From positions 75,834 to 139,833 of the forward strand of contig CBDBKL010000006.1 in the NCBI GenBank assembly GCA_965206675.1: a stretch of 64,000 nt of DNA. Reading direction: 5' to 3'. A program made the translations under genes and the position numbers. The DNA is from Bdellovibrionales bacterium (lineage in GTDB: Bacteria; Bdellovibrionota; Bdellovibrionia; Bdellovibrionales; JAKFYE01). Below, in pieces: positions 29,153 through 38,364 of this stretch. The notes under the pieces were generated by a model that worked only from the letters and a program-made list of their open reading frames with translations, did not search any database and was not told where the DNA came from. Position 1 is the stretch's first letter; the number at the start of each line of letters is the position of its first letter.

Positions 29153-31003
29153 TTAAATGATTTTTAAAATTATGGGGCCGTAGCTCAGCTGGGAGAGCGT
29201 TACACTGGCAGTGTAAAGGTCGACGGTTCGATCCCGTTCGGCTCCACCATTCCCAACGCTGGACGAACCAGCGACCATTAAAAAGTCATCGTGGCCAAGA
29301 ACAGAAGTCCCCAGCCCGATAGCCTTTTTTATGCCTGAAAACTTATCCTCACGAGATGCATTTTTGCGAAATGATGCCTCAAGTAGCCTTCCGAGTTTAC
29401 GAAAAGGGAGGACAACCCCTTGCTTGTCAGAGGCCTTTCCAAAGGCCCTAGCTTGGCGGTATTCATTGGCCCAGAAATCAATTTGGATAACATTCTCTGG
29501 GTGAACACGAATAGATTTGATTACCTCTTGCACAATGGCCCGTTTCTTGGAAACTTTTGCCTTGCGAAAACTATCCTGACGGAGCTTTCTTATTCCATCC
29601 AAAATTAAATTGGGATCAATTGCCCTACCTTCAACTTCAAATAAAGATTTTTCCTCCAGCTTTAACTTTTCGTTTTCCAGTTTTTCAAGCCTCTCTTCAT
29701 TTTCCTTGATACGCACAAGTAAGGCCTCAAGTCCCTTTGCTACTTGGTTATCGGCCACAAGATTAACTAGTTTTTCATTTTCCAACTTTAGCTTTTCAAT
29801 CTCTCTTTTCTTTTTTCCAAGAAGTGCTTTTGAAACTTTCGGCCGGCTTTTTATCTGCTCAGACAATGCCTTAACAAATTGCTCACTCATCGCCTCGTTA
29901 TTAATCAGAGAAAACAACTGCTTTCTAATCAACTTCTCAAATGCCTCTGCGCTATACCTTTGAATTTTGCAGTTTGTTTTTTTTGTATGCCCGTAATAAA
30001 AATACTTCCCGTTTCGTCCCGTTCCCGACTGTCCACAAAGTGGCCCACCACATTCATCACAGATAGTAATGCCGGAGTAGGAAAAATCAAACGTGGTTGC
30101 ATATTTAACTTTTTTATTCAAATTGAGTTTTTCTTGAACCCTAGAAAAAGTATCCTCGTCAATAATAGCATCCCAACTGGCCTTAACAATGGCGTATTTA
30201 TCTTCTTGCTTTAAAGATTCTTGATTAAGCTCTTTATTTATCTTATTGACTTCACGCTTTCCAATGTATGCATGATTAGTTAAAGTTCTCCAAATTGAAT
30301 CGGTTGTAAATTTCTTGCCACCGCATTTATTTCCTGTTCTGCTAACCCAAGATTTGTTTCTACATTCACGACTTTCAAGATCACGAACAATTTCAGCAAG
30401 GCTTTTTCCAGATAGATATGAATCAAAAATACCTTTCACTATCTCGGCCTCTTTTGGGTTTACAAGGAGCTTTCCCGATTGGGAGGAATCCTTGTCATAA
30501 CCAAGAAAAGGGGTTCCGCCATTTGAAAGACCACGAAGTGCCCGCGCATGAAAATTACTTTTAATTCTTTCGGCCGTTAGCTCACGTTCAAATTGGGCCA
30601 ATGCCATAATAATTGTCATAAAGACTTTTCCAGCAGGGCTTGTCGTATCAAAGTCGTATTGAAGGCAAATGAAATCGCAGCCGCAATCTTCAAGCTCTTT
30701 AATGAAATTTAAAAAGTCAGTGACAGAACGGCTTAAGCGAGAAAGCTCTGTTACTAAAATTGTATTAATGCGTTTACTTTTCACATCGTAAAGCATTCTC
30801 TGAAACTCTGGGCGGTCAGTGTTTTTCCCCGAGTAGGCCTCATCTTTATAGATATTAACGAGTTTTCCCCATTTGCCATTTTCATAGGTGTTTTTTTCAT
30901 TAACTTTCATCTTAAGTCTTTGAATTTGAGAAGTAATCGACCCTTCCTTATTTCTTGCCTGTTCGTCCGTACTAACTCTACAGTAAATTGCTACTTTTCT
31001 CAT
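29153..31003 (-). CDS. Large serine recombinase (integrase); 3' end of the ORF runs antisense through tRNA-Ala
   Basis: 616 aa. Resolvase catalytic domain VAIYCRVSTDEQ...VTELSRLSRS, a recombinase domain, the zinc ribbon CDECGGPLCGQ...YYGHTKKTNC, then a coiled coil. The last ~32 codons (..NGGAERDRTVDLYTASVTLSQLSYGPIILKII) are the antisense of the tRNA and its upstream flank. Confidence 0.9.
   Translation of the reverse strand: MRKVAIYCRVSTDEQARNKEGSITSQIQRLKMKVNEKNTYENGKWGKLVNIYKDEAYSGKNTDRPEFQRMLYDVKSKRINTILVTELSRLSRSVTDFLNFIKELEDCGCDFICLQYDFDTTSPAGKVFMTIIMALAQFERELTAERIKSNFHARALRGLSNGGTPFLGYDKDSSQSGKLLVNPKEAEIVKGIFDSYLSGKSLAEIVRDLESRECRNKSWVSRTGNKCGGKKFTTDSIWRTLTNHAYIGKREVNKINKELNQESLKQEDKYAIVKASWDAIIDEDTFSRVQEKLNLNKKVKYATTFDFSYSGITICDECGGPLCGQSGTGRNGKYFYYGHTKKTNCKIQRYSAEAFEKLIRKQLFSLINNEAMSEQFVKALSEQIKSRPKVSKALLGKKKREIEKLKLENEKLVNLVADNQVAKGLEALLVRIKENEERLEKLENEKLKLEEKSLFEVEGRAIDPNLILDGIRKLRQDSFRKAKVSKKRAIVQEVIKSIRVHPENVIQIDFWANEYRQARAFGKASDKQGVVLPFRKLGRLLEASFRKNASREDKFSGIKKAIGLGTSVLGHDDFLMVAGSSSVGNGGAERDRTVDLYTASVTLSQLSYGPIILKII
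29174..29249 (+). tRNA. tRNA-Ala (anticodon GGC), CCA encoded
   Basis: GGGGCCGTAGCTCAGCTGGGAGAGCGTTACACTGGCAGTGTAAAGGTCGACGGTTCGATCCCGTTCGGCTCCACCA. Acceptor GGGGCCG/CGGCTCC with the G3:U70 alanine identity pair. Anticodon stem TTACA/TGTAA with loop CTGGCAG. Confidence 0.93.
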
Positions 31004-31007
31004 GAAG

Positions 31008-31265
31008 CTATTTTCTCCTCCTATTTTCTAATTTTTTCACAACTAATTTAATCTTCAGTCCAATGCCGTTAGCGATTCTTACTAATTGATTAAGAGAAAT
31101 TGCCTTTTCAGTACCTCGAAGTGTTTTGTTTACATTTCGTCGATCCATTCCGACAATCCTTCCAACGTCACCTTGAGATAACCCCTGCCTTTTCATCTCT
31201 TTTAAAATTGCATCCGTCAAATCCTCTTTAAGATCGGGGACTTGGGTATTACTTAAATCAACCAT
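31008..31265 (-). CDS. XRE-family helix-turn-helix protein
   Basis: 85 aa. HTH LSQGDVGRIVGMDRRNVNKTLRG. Stop codon is 2 nt before the recombinase start, so likely co-transcribed. Confidence 0.8.
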   Translation of the reverse strand: MVDLSNTQVPDLKEDLTDAILKEMKRQGLSQGDVGRIVGMDRRNVNKTLRGTEKAISLNQLVRIANGIGLKIKLVVKKLENRRRK

Positions 31266-31682
31266 ATTACAAATAGGATAGCGTGTTTTTACACACTAGT
31301 CAAGAATAAAAAAACCATCCGCTTTTACAGGCACTTACGTTGTTAAATTTGGGTAGATCAGCCTGCAAAGCCGCCTTAAGCGGGCCTTGTTCTCATATTT
31401 CCCAATCGGGATGGGTCTAAAAACTATCTTGAAATTCTTAATATCCTTCTCATTCATCGTTTTTTTAGATCGCTTTGCCGATTTGTTTTTTGGCATACTT
31501 TTAAGCAGTCTGATTTATTGCGGGGTTTCCTTTCAAATTACCAAGCCGATTAAAGTTTTTGGTCATGTTTTTTGAATTCCTTTTTTTAAGTTGCATATTC
31601 CTAAAGCGTTAATCTTTAACAGAGAGTTTAAGGGCTAGTCTCATATGCTGAATTTCCTCACAAGGAGTTGACTAATCAAAAA

Positions 31683-34145
31683 TCAGGCGACCAATTTTTT
31701 TAAGTCTTCAAGAATATATTTTTCTGGATTTAAAGATGTTGTTTCTTGATCTCTAAACATTCTCACTATTTCATTCAGTTTAACCCTATTCATAAACCCA
31801 AGGTCACAAAGTTTTACAAAATCATCTTTTGAAATCCCTGTCATAACCTCAAAAAATTCTGGCGATTTTGTTTGAATAACGTGATCTATATTGTATTCTC
31901 TCTCATAAGTCATATAAATAAAATCTGACATACAAATGGCAAGTCTTTTTATTTGAGTTGCATACCATTTTTTACGAGTTTGGCGTTCTTTATCCCTGTC
32001 TTTCTCTGAAAAATCATCAATTATTTTTTCTTTTTCCTCGATTGGAAGATTTGGATCAAGTATCGCCTCATCTAAAATAGAAGCATCTGCCCCTATTTGA
32101 GCAAGTTCTTCTACATTGATATTTCCCACATCTTGAGTTCTATATCCCTTGACTTTTTTCAGTATCTCTAGAAGATCAGGGTTATTTTCAAGAAGCCTTA
32201 AGCAACTATAATTTACCAAAGTATTTGACGTAATCTTTCTGGCAAGAGCGATTTTTGAACCTTCATGATTGAGGGCTTCAAAAATATCTTTTGATGTTGT
32301 TGGAGTGCTAACCAAGCTACCTTCATAAAATCTTTTAATATCTAAGGTGTCACATAGTCCTGTGGTGATAATCTCTAAGTTATCCTTGCTAGAATCCAAT
32401 TTTCCTTCTGAGCTTTCTTTTTGAGCAATTTGATCTGCAATATTCAGTGCACAATCATAGGTAACTTTTAAAGAGCGAGTAATGGCAAAATCAAAAACCC
32501 ACGCCTTTCTTTTTAAAATCTTTTTTGTTTTCTTGTCAACCCAAGAAGACTGAACACGAAAGATTGCTTGAAAATAAGATTCTGCTGACTGAACATCTGT
32601 CAGTATAAGAATGCTATCCCACTCTTTTATTGTTACTCCAGTTAAAAACCTCCCACAAGTAAAAGTAATAGTTCCAAGCTTGGAAGAGTCCTTGTTGATT
32701 TTCTCGATAGCTTCTTGAACCTTGCCCTTGTCCCTTGCGATTATATTCTCATCATTATCATTGCTCTTATTATCACTTCCTGAAGCGTTAATGAGAGTAA
32801 ATTTTGAAAAATAAGGATGCACTTCAAGTTTTTTAATCAGCGCAGTTATTGAATCAACTCGATTTACCCACCACACACTATGCCTTTTAGCAGGGCACCC
32901 TAAATTTTCACCAAGCTTGCCATATACGCTTATTGACCTTGCGCCATGCCCTGACTTATGAAGGCCTTCAATGAAGTGATCTACGGCATCTTCATGTACA
33001 AAATTTCCATTTTGTGTTTCAAGCAATGTGTTAAGAGAAAAATCTATATCATCGGTTTTAAATTTATCTTTTTGCTCCTTAATATCATCTTCAGTAATTT
33101 CTATAGTAGAGATATTTATATCAGGAAGTTGCCTGTACACACCTTCTTTTTCTTCGTTGGGATCTAGCTCTGCTTCTCTTTTTTTTCTTTTTTGCTCATC
33201 AAGGTAGCTGTAGGTATAAACTTGTTGAGGGCAAAAATCATCTTGCTCAATTAATCTGAAAGGGGTCCCCGATAGTCCTAATCTATTCTTATACTTAAGT
33301 TTATCTAATATATTTTTTGCCCTTTCAGTTCGACTTCCATAATGAACCTCATCGAAAATTATTAAGTCCCAAGATATGTTTGGAATTTTATGAAGCCTTT
33401 CCTTGGTATTACCGTTTTTGTCTATCCATAAATCTTGAAGGGAAACACACATAACGATTGGCCCATTGATCTGGGGAAAATTTCCATTATTGGTTAAAGT
33501 TGGATCTAACGGTCTATCACTTTTCTTTTTGGCTCTGACTCCTGTCCAACTATCAAACGCAATGTGATTATTTACTGTATCAATCCATTCACCGATAACA
33601 TCTGGCTTATATGTGACTACTAATGTATATTGACAGCTTAGGGCCTTAGCCAAGTGGATGCTAGTAAAACATTTTCCAAATCTCATTTTCGCATTGATGA
33701 GAAATCTGTTTGAATGAGTCGCTGAGCCAATAACTTCTTTAGGGTATTCTTTCAGAAACCACTTCTTCGCTTTTTCGACAGCCATCTGCTGCTCCTCTCT
33801 AGGAGAAAAATTATCAGATCTATTGCTGCCATATTTGATTTTATTGTATGCTTTTCTAACCTCACTAAATGGGTCATTTTTGTTACCTGTTTTAAACCAC
33901 TCTTTACCCGGCCCATCTTTAATCCATTTGCAACCATTTAAAATCATTTGGTTGTGTATATCTTTATCCGTTTTTCCTTCAGGAAGTTCACCTATTAGCA
34001 AAAACTTAGGTCGCTCTGGATTACTTGTTCCGAACTGCTCTTCAACACGCTCCTTGGATCGACCAATTTTGGAATGACCAACCTTGACCATACCTTGTTG
34101 CAGATACGTTTCCGTGGAGTAGGCATATAGCTCTTTCTTTGCCAT
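31683..34145 (-). CDS. GIY-YIG-like (T5orf172-type) domain fused to an SF2 (Res/SNF2-like) helicase
   Basis: 820 aa. N-terminus LYAYSTETYLQQGMVKVGHSKIGRSKERVEEQ...KEWF resembles the T5orf172/GIY-YIG-superfamily pattern. Helicase motifs: Q-like SPREEQQ, motif I MRFGKCFT, motif II IIFDEVHYG, motif III LGLSGTPF, motif VI-like QAIFRVQS. The start codon abuts the stop of the methyltransferase gene. Confidence 0.75.
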   Translation of the reverse strand: MAKKELYAYSTETYLQQGMVKVGHSKIGRSKERVEEQFGTSNPERPKFLLIGELPEGKTDKDIHNQMILNGCKWIKDGPGKEWFKTGNKNDPFSEVRKAYNKIKYGSNRSDNFSPREEQQMAVEKAKKWFLKEYPKEVIGSATHSNRFLINAKMRFGKCFTSIHLAKALSCQYTLVVTYKPDVIGEWIDTVNNHIAFDSWTGVRAKKKSDRPLDPTLTNNGNFPQINGPIVMCVSLQDLWIDKNGNTKERLHKIPNISWDLIIFDEVHYGSRTERAKNILDKLKYKNRLGLSGTPFRLIEQDDFCPQQVYTYSYLDEQKRKKREAELDPNEEKEGVYRQLPDINISTIEITEDDIKEQKDKFKTDDIDFSLNTLLETQNGNFVHEDAVDHFIEGLHKSGHGARSISVYGKLGENLGCPAKRHSVWWVNRVDSITALIKKLEVHPYFSKFTLINASGSDNKSNDNDENIIARDKGKVQEAIEKINKDSSKLGTITFTCGRFLTGVTIKEWDSILILTDVQSAESYFQAIFRVQSSWVDKKTKKILKRKAWVFDFAITRSLKVTYDCALNIADQIAQKESSEGKLDSSKDNLEIITTGLCDTLDIKRFYEGSLVSTPTTSKDIFEALNHEGSKIALARKITSNTLVNYSCLRLLENNPDLLEILKKVKGYRTQDVGNINVEELAQIGADASILDEAILDPNLPIEEKEKIIDDFSEKDRDKERQTRKKWYATQIKRLAICMSDFIYMTYEREYNIDHVIQTKSPEFFEVMTGISKDDFVKLCDLGFMNRVKLNEIVRMFRDQETTSLNPEKYILEDLKKLVA

Positions 34146-35594
34146 CTAAGACCATTCTCCAATTTTTTTATCCAGATGAAGCATTTCTTCTCTTGTTAAA
34201 TCAAAATATCTCGCAAGGCTTTTGTCATCAATTTCGGATAGATCTTCCATGAGAGGTACCCATGACCACCTATCTTTTGGAATATCTTGGGTTAGCTTTC
34301 TTAACCCTAATAAGTATCGGCAAAAATTTGTCTGAAGATATCTGATTAAACTTAAAGCTTCATTTTTATTTTCAAACGAACCTATTACATTATATGTTTC
34401 GGTAGAAATAGCCCCTTTTTCAATTAAGAAAATCTGATGTTTTGGAAGTGTACACCTTCTTGCGCCCGTTGCATACGCTCTGGGAATAGCCACTTTCCAC
34501 TCATCAATACTTTCTGAATGTCTAATTACATTACTTCTCTTGATCCATTTTATTTTTCTGCCTTTTGTGTAACACTTTACCGAATCACTTTTATCTTTTT
34601 CATATTCACTACTTGTAGAAAAGTAGTTAGTTGGAAGTCCAAAAGGTTTTCTTGACCAAGCAATATCTGATACAAAACACCCTTGGTGCTTGTTTAAAAC
34701 CTTAGTCACAATAGAACTAGCCTTGGGGTCATCTGGTATAATATCGAACCTAGATAAATCGACTTCGATTTCTTCACCTGAGTCGATAAACTTAGTCATT
34801 CCCAAATAATCCTTGTCAATATTCAAAAAACAAACCCCACCTTGTACATGAACAGTTGGGAACACATCCTCAGAGCGTCCAAAATACGACAAGTTTTTCA
34901 CATGTTGTGATTCCATTATTCTGCGCCTGAATTTCGCCAAGCCCTTACCAGAAGAAAACCAACGAGCTGGAATGACAAGCACAAATTCATTTATTGATTT
35001 GTTTTCAAAGAGATGTTCAACGAAGATGTTATAAATTGGCTTAGCACTGGCTTTTGCACCTCCATCAGCTTCTTGATAGGGCGGGTTCCCAACAACTATT
35101 ATTCTTTTATTTCCTGATTTATCTTTTATATATTCAACCATATTTTCAAACTCCTTTTTAAAAATGTTTTCATCTAATTTTCCATCTATCTCTGAAAGGT
35201 AATTTCCGTTTTTGATAATATGGTTATATTTTTCATCATGAGATTTTGTATTTCCAAGAAAAGTTCTCAAACTAAGCCTGTGGTGCCTTTCATCAGGGGC
35301 AAGGGCAAAATATCTGTTTGATTCAAAAATTTCCTTATGAATATCCTTTACATCCATTAGTTTCGATTGTTTCTTAAGCACTGAAACACAACTCATATAT
35401 GAACAGGCAAACAATAGTTCCCCTGCTTTACAGAAGGGGTCAAAAAAAACTACATTTTTATCTAAAAAAACATCAGAAGACAACAAAGACACCATCTCAA
35501 TTGCTTTATCCATTCTAAGTATGGGTTGATCCCGACCAATTGTATCCCCGAGTACGTCAACAACATGGGCACTTGGTTTCAGTAGGGCACTCAT
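34146..35594 (-). CDS. N6-adenine DNA methyltransferase (Eco57I-like/gamma-type) with C-terminal specificity region
   Basis: 482 aa. Motif I FFDPFCKAGELL. Catalytic motif IV VVGNPPYQEADGG, followed by AKPIYNIFVE. Confidence 0.85.
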   Translation of the reverse strand: MSALLKPSAHVVDVLGDTIGRDQPILRMDKAIEMVSLLSSDVFLDKNVVFFDPFCKAGELLFACSYMSCVSVLKKQSKLMDVKDIHKEIFESNRYFALAPDERHHRLSLRTFLGNTKSHDEKYNHIIKNGNYLSEIDGKLDENIFKKEFENMVEYIKDKSGNKRIIVVGNPPYQEADGGAKASAKPIYNIFVEHLFENKSINEFVLVIPARWFSSGKGLAKFRRRIMESQHVKNLSYFGRSEDVFPTVHVQGGVCFLNIDKDYLGMTKFIDSGEEIEVDLSRFDIIPDDPKASSIVTKVLNKHQGCFVSDIAWSRKPFGLPTNYFSTSSEYEKDKSDSVKCYTKGRKIKWIKRSNVIRHSESIDEWKVAIPRAYATGARRCTLPKHQIFLIEKGAISTETYNVIGSFENKNEALSLIRYLQTNFCRYLLGLRKLTQDIPKDRWSWVPLMEDLSEIDDKSLARYFDLTREEMLHLDKKIGEWS

Positions 35595-35596
35595 TT

Positions 35597-36373
35597 TTAC
35601 ACACCTTCTTCCAAGGGCTGATATTCAGGTGCAAAATCTTTACTTTTGAATAAAAATTTAGCAAAAGAAAATTCATTGCTAATCAATTTTTTCTTACCAA
35701 TTAAACTCGTTATAAAAGCAGAGGCTTTTTCAAAGATGATTGGAATAGAGTTTTCTGCCTCACACTTTTCAAAGAAATTTGCCCAAGTTAATCTGAACTC
35801 CATTTTTTGATGGCCTCTTTTGTTAAACCATTTTTTTCCTGGCTTTGTTTTCGAGGCTTTTTCTTTGGCCACAACCTCAGAGCTTAGTGATGAGAGGGTT
35901 TCATTTTCATGGATTTGCCACTTAATCGCAGACAAAATATGTGCAAAGAAATCTTCGTAGTCAGATATTAAATCCAATGAATTTTCATAACCAATTTTAG
36001 ATTTTATAAAACTCAAGGTATAAACAAGAACTCTAGTTCGGCAATTATTTACATTCTTTGAGTCAATATCAATTGCCCACAAAGTATTTAAAGAGTTAGC
36101 TACTGCATAGAAGGCTGCATTTTTAGAGTATTGTGGCAATGCTTTTCTATATAAGGAATCTAATCTCCGACGATAAATTGCAAGAACAATATTTCCATGG
36201 CCACAACATGGCTCAAAGAATATATTATTTTCATTTGACCAGAAACCGCGCCTATTTTTACTTAATAAGTCAAGCATATCTTCAACATATTTCTCAGGAG
36301 TAAAGACTTCTCCCAAATCCCTTATGCGATCCCTGCTTCTGTGAGGCAAAGCGCCTATTTCTATAATGTTCAT
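35597..36373 (-). CDS. Methyltransferase-like protein lacking the catalytic (D/N/S)PP(Y/F) motif
   Basis: 258 aa. Motif X GEVFTPEKYVEDMLDLL, motif I FFEPCCGHGNIVLAIY and AIDID are present. I found no NPPY-type tetrapeptide anywhere in the ORF. First gene of the tightly packed three-gene operon. Confidence 0.65.
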   Translation of the reverse strand: MNIIEIGALPHRSRDRIRDLGEVFTPEKYVEDMLDLLSKNRRGFWSNENNIFFEPCCGHGNIVLAIYRRRLDSLYRKALPQYSKNAAFYAVANSLNTLWAIDIDSKNVNNCRTRVLVYTLSFIKSKIGYENSLDLISDYEDFFAHILSAIKWQIHENETLSSLSSEVVAKEKASKTKPGKKWFNKRGHQKMEFRLTWANFFEKCEAENSIPIIFEKASAFITSLIGKKKLISNEFSFAKFLFKSKDFAPEYQPLEEGV

Positions 36374-36583
36374 TGCTAGACCATCAGTTACTACAAACTA
36401 AATCGGCCTATTTATTGAGAGAATTAAGAAAAAAACTCCATATATTGCCAATAGGAAAAAATATCGACTCAAGTCTTACCCTTTATGTCAAATATTTGAG
36501 AACCAATACTACCTGGTTACGGGTAGCATTGATTTTTAGGCCACCGTTCCATAATTCAAATTTCCAAGCTAATTAGGGTCACC

Positions 36584-37024
36584 TTATTCATGGGAACTCG
36601 CTTTTCCCTGCACGATCTTTTTATATTTATAATTTAGGTTGAGTTTCTGAATAGTCTCTTTAAGGTCAACCCCAGATTTCATGGCCTCTCTGAGAAATTT
36701 TTTTTCATTAAAGAACTCTCGCTCAAGGGCTTTCATGTCTTTTTTAAACTGTCCCTTCTTTAAATAACGCTCAATCACGATAGAGGCCAGGGAAGAAGGA
36801 CTTAGGGTTATCGCCTGGCACTCGCTCTTGAGAGTATTCATCATTTCATAAAGGGCCTTTGACCCTTTGGCGTTTAGCCCCAGTCTAATAGTTTTGTTAT
36901 CTTGCATTTCTGTCTCCCCCAGTTGACTTGCTCCATTGAATATTATCTGAAATATTCCATATTCTATGCCTTTCAATGACTTTGTTTCCTTTTCTATGGG
37001 TTGGAATAAGTTCTTCTGACTCAA
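36584..37024 (-). CDS. Hypothetical protein
   Basis: 146-aa ORF with helical, lysine-rich composition. No family recognised. Starts 42 nt from the IS3 left end. Confidence 0.5.
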   Translation of the reverse strand: MSQKNLFQPIEKETKSLKGIEYGIFQIIFNGASQLGETEMQDNKTIRLGLNAKGSKALYEMMNTLKSECQAITLSPSSLASIVIERYLKKGQFKKDMKALEREFFNEKKFLREAMKSGVDLKETIQKLNLNYKYKKIVQGKASSHE

Positions 37025-37095
37025 CGGAAAAATGACCTGGTCGGCTTAATCCTTACCAACTAAAATGTTGGTTGCAGCGCAAAAAAGGAGGCCAT

Positions 37096-37374
37096 ATGCC
37101 CAGAAAACGCTTCTCCACAGAGGAGATCATCAAGCACATCAGAACCGCCGAAATTGAGCAGGCAAGAGGTGTTTCTCAAGACATGATTGCCAAGAGGATT
37201 GGGGTCAGTTCTGTAACCCTATCCCGGTGGAAAAAAGAGTTTGGTGGCCTAAGAATTGACCAGGCCAAAAGGCTCAAACAGTTGGAAAAAGAAAATGCTC
37301 AACTCAAACGACTGCTCGCCGATTCTGAGCTCGATAAGTTTATTCTCAAGGAAACCCTTGGGGGAAACCTCTAG
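37096..37374 (+). CDS. IS3-family transposase OrfA (HTH)
   Basis: MPRKRFSTEEIIKHIR...VSSVTLSRWKKEF plus a leucine-zipper-like tail. The ATG at 37096 is preceded by AAGGAGG; the track start at 37072 is probably too early. Confidence 0.88.
   Translation: MPRKRFSTEEIIKHIRTAEIEQARGVSQDMIAKRIGVSSVTLSRWKKEFGGLRIDQAKRLKQLEKENAQLKRLLADSELDKFILKETLGGNL
37362..37368 (+). promoter_or_regulatory. Programmed -1 ribosomal frameshift heptamer G GGA AAC
   Basis: In the orfA frame the codons are ctt ggG GGA AAC ctc tag, so X XXY YYZ is in the correct phase. The -1 frame is open from 37338 and reads ..WGKPLGPARRKALASHMIGQFNISERRAC into OrfB. A TCTAG-GCCCGG-CTAGA palindrome follows immediately. Confidence 0.65.
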
Positions 37375-37406
37375 GCCCGGCTAGAAGAAAGGCTCTGGCC
37401 AGTCAT

Positions 37407-38219
37407 ATGATTGGCCAGTTCAATATATCTGAACGTCGGGCTTGTAAACTCGCCAATATATCCAGAGCTTCTTTCCGCTATACCCCCATAAAAAACCCCT
37501 TTGATGACAAACTCAGAGCAAGAATTGTTGAGTTGGCATCTCTCTTCGGCCGTTATGGTTATAAAAAGATTACCCACATGCTTAACTCCGAGGGGATGCT
37601 CGTGGGTAAAGACAAGGTATTAAGAATATGGAGAGAAGAGGGGCTAAAGGTTCCTCAGAAACAACCCAATCGTGGACGTCTTTGGTTGGCCAATGGTTCG
37701 TGCATTCGACTCCGTCCAGAGTACCCCAACCATGTCTGGTCATATGACTTCGTTAACCACCAAACTTATGACGGAAAAAAGTTAAAAATCTTGAATATCA
37801 TTGATGAATACACGAGAGAGTGCTTAGCATCTCACGTTGGGAGAAGAATTACCTCAATGAACGTGGTTTATATTCTTGCGGACCTTTTTTTAACGAAAGG
37901 GGTGCCAAAGCATATTAGATCAGACAACGGGCCAGAGTTTATTGCGAAGAATCTCCTTTCTTGGTTTAAACTTCTTGATATTGCTCCTCTGTTTATCCAT
38001 CCCGGCAGTCCCTGGGAAAATGGTTACTGCGAATCCTTTAATGGAAAAATGAGGTATGAGCTTTTAGATGGAGAAGTTTTTTATAGTTTGACAGAGGCAA
38101 AGGTCATCATAGCAAGTTGGGTTCGGCAATATAATACGATCCGTCCCCATTCGTCACTCGGGGGAAGCCCCCCGGCTCCGGAGGCAGATGCTCCTCCGCT
38201 AGAGCTATTTGCAGTTTAA
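37407..38219 (+). CDS. IS3-family transposase OrfB (DDE/rve integrase core), probably made as an OrfAB fusion
   Basis: 270 aa with NHVWSYDF, HIRSDNGPEF, PWENGYCESFNG and IRPHSSLGG. Confidence 0.9.
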   Translation: MIGQFNISERRACKLANISRASFRYTPIKNPFDDKLRARIVELASLFGRYGYKKITHMLNSEGMLVGKDKVLRIWREEGLKVPQKQPNRGRLWLANGSCIRLRPEYPNHVWSYDFVNHQTYDGKKLKILNIIDEYTRECLASHVGRRITSMNVVYILADLFLTKGVPKHIRSDNGPEFIAKNLLSWFKLLDIAPLFIHPGSPWENGYCESFNGKMRYELLDGEVFYSLTEAKVIIASWVRQYNTIRPHSSLGGSPPAPEADAPPLELFAV

Positions 38220-38364
38220 GGAAAAATAACATCTGGGCGAGGCAGTCAAGGGCCTTCGGTCGGCCGATGGCCGATTACACCCTTGACAGTCCTCTGCGCA
38301 GATGTTGAACGGCAATTATGGCCCTGCTACGCAGGTCCGACTCTAGAAAAGAATGATTAGGCGG

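Noticed and set aside
31387-31575. 62-aa hydrophobic ORF upstream of the XRE/recombinase genes
   Set aside because: No ribosome-binding site, low-complexity Phe/Leu/Ile composition typical of AT-rich non-coding DNA, and it sits in a likely promoter/terminator region.
37371-37577. 68-aa minus-strand ORF inside the IS3 element
   Set aside because: It is antisense to the OrfA/OrfB junction of a well-supported transposase, and no motif is present.
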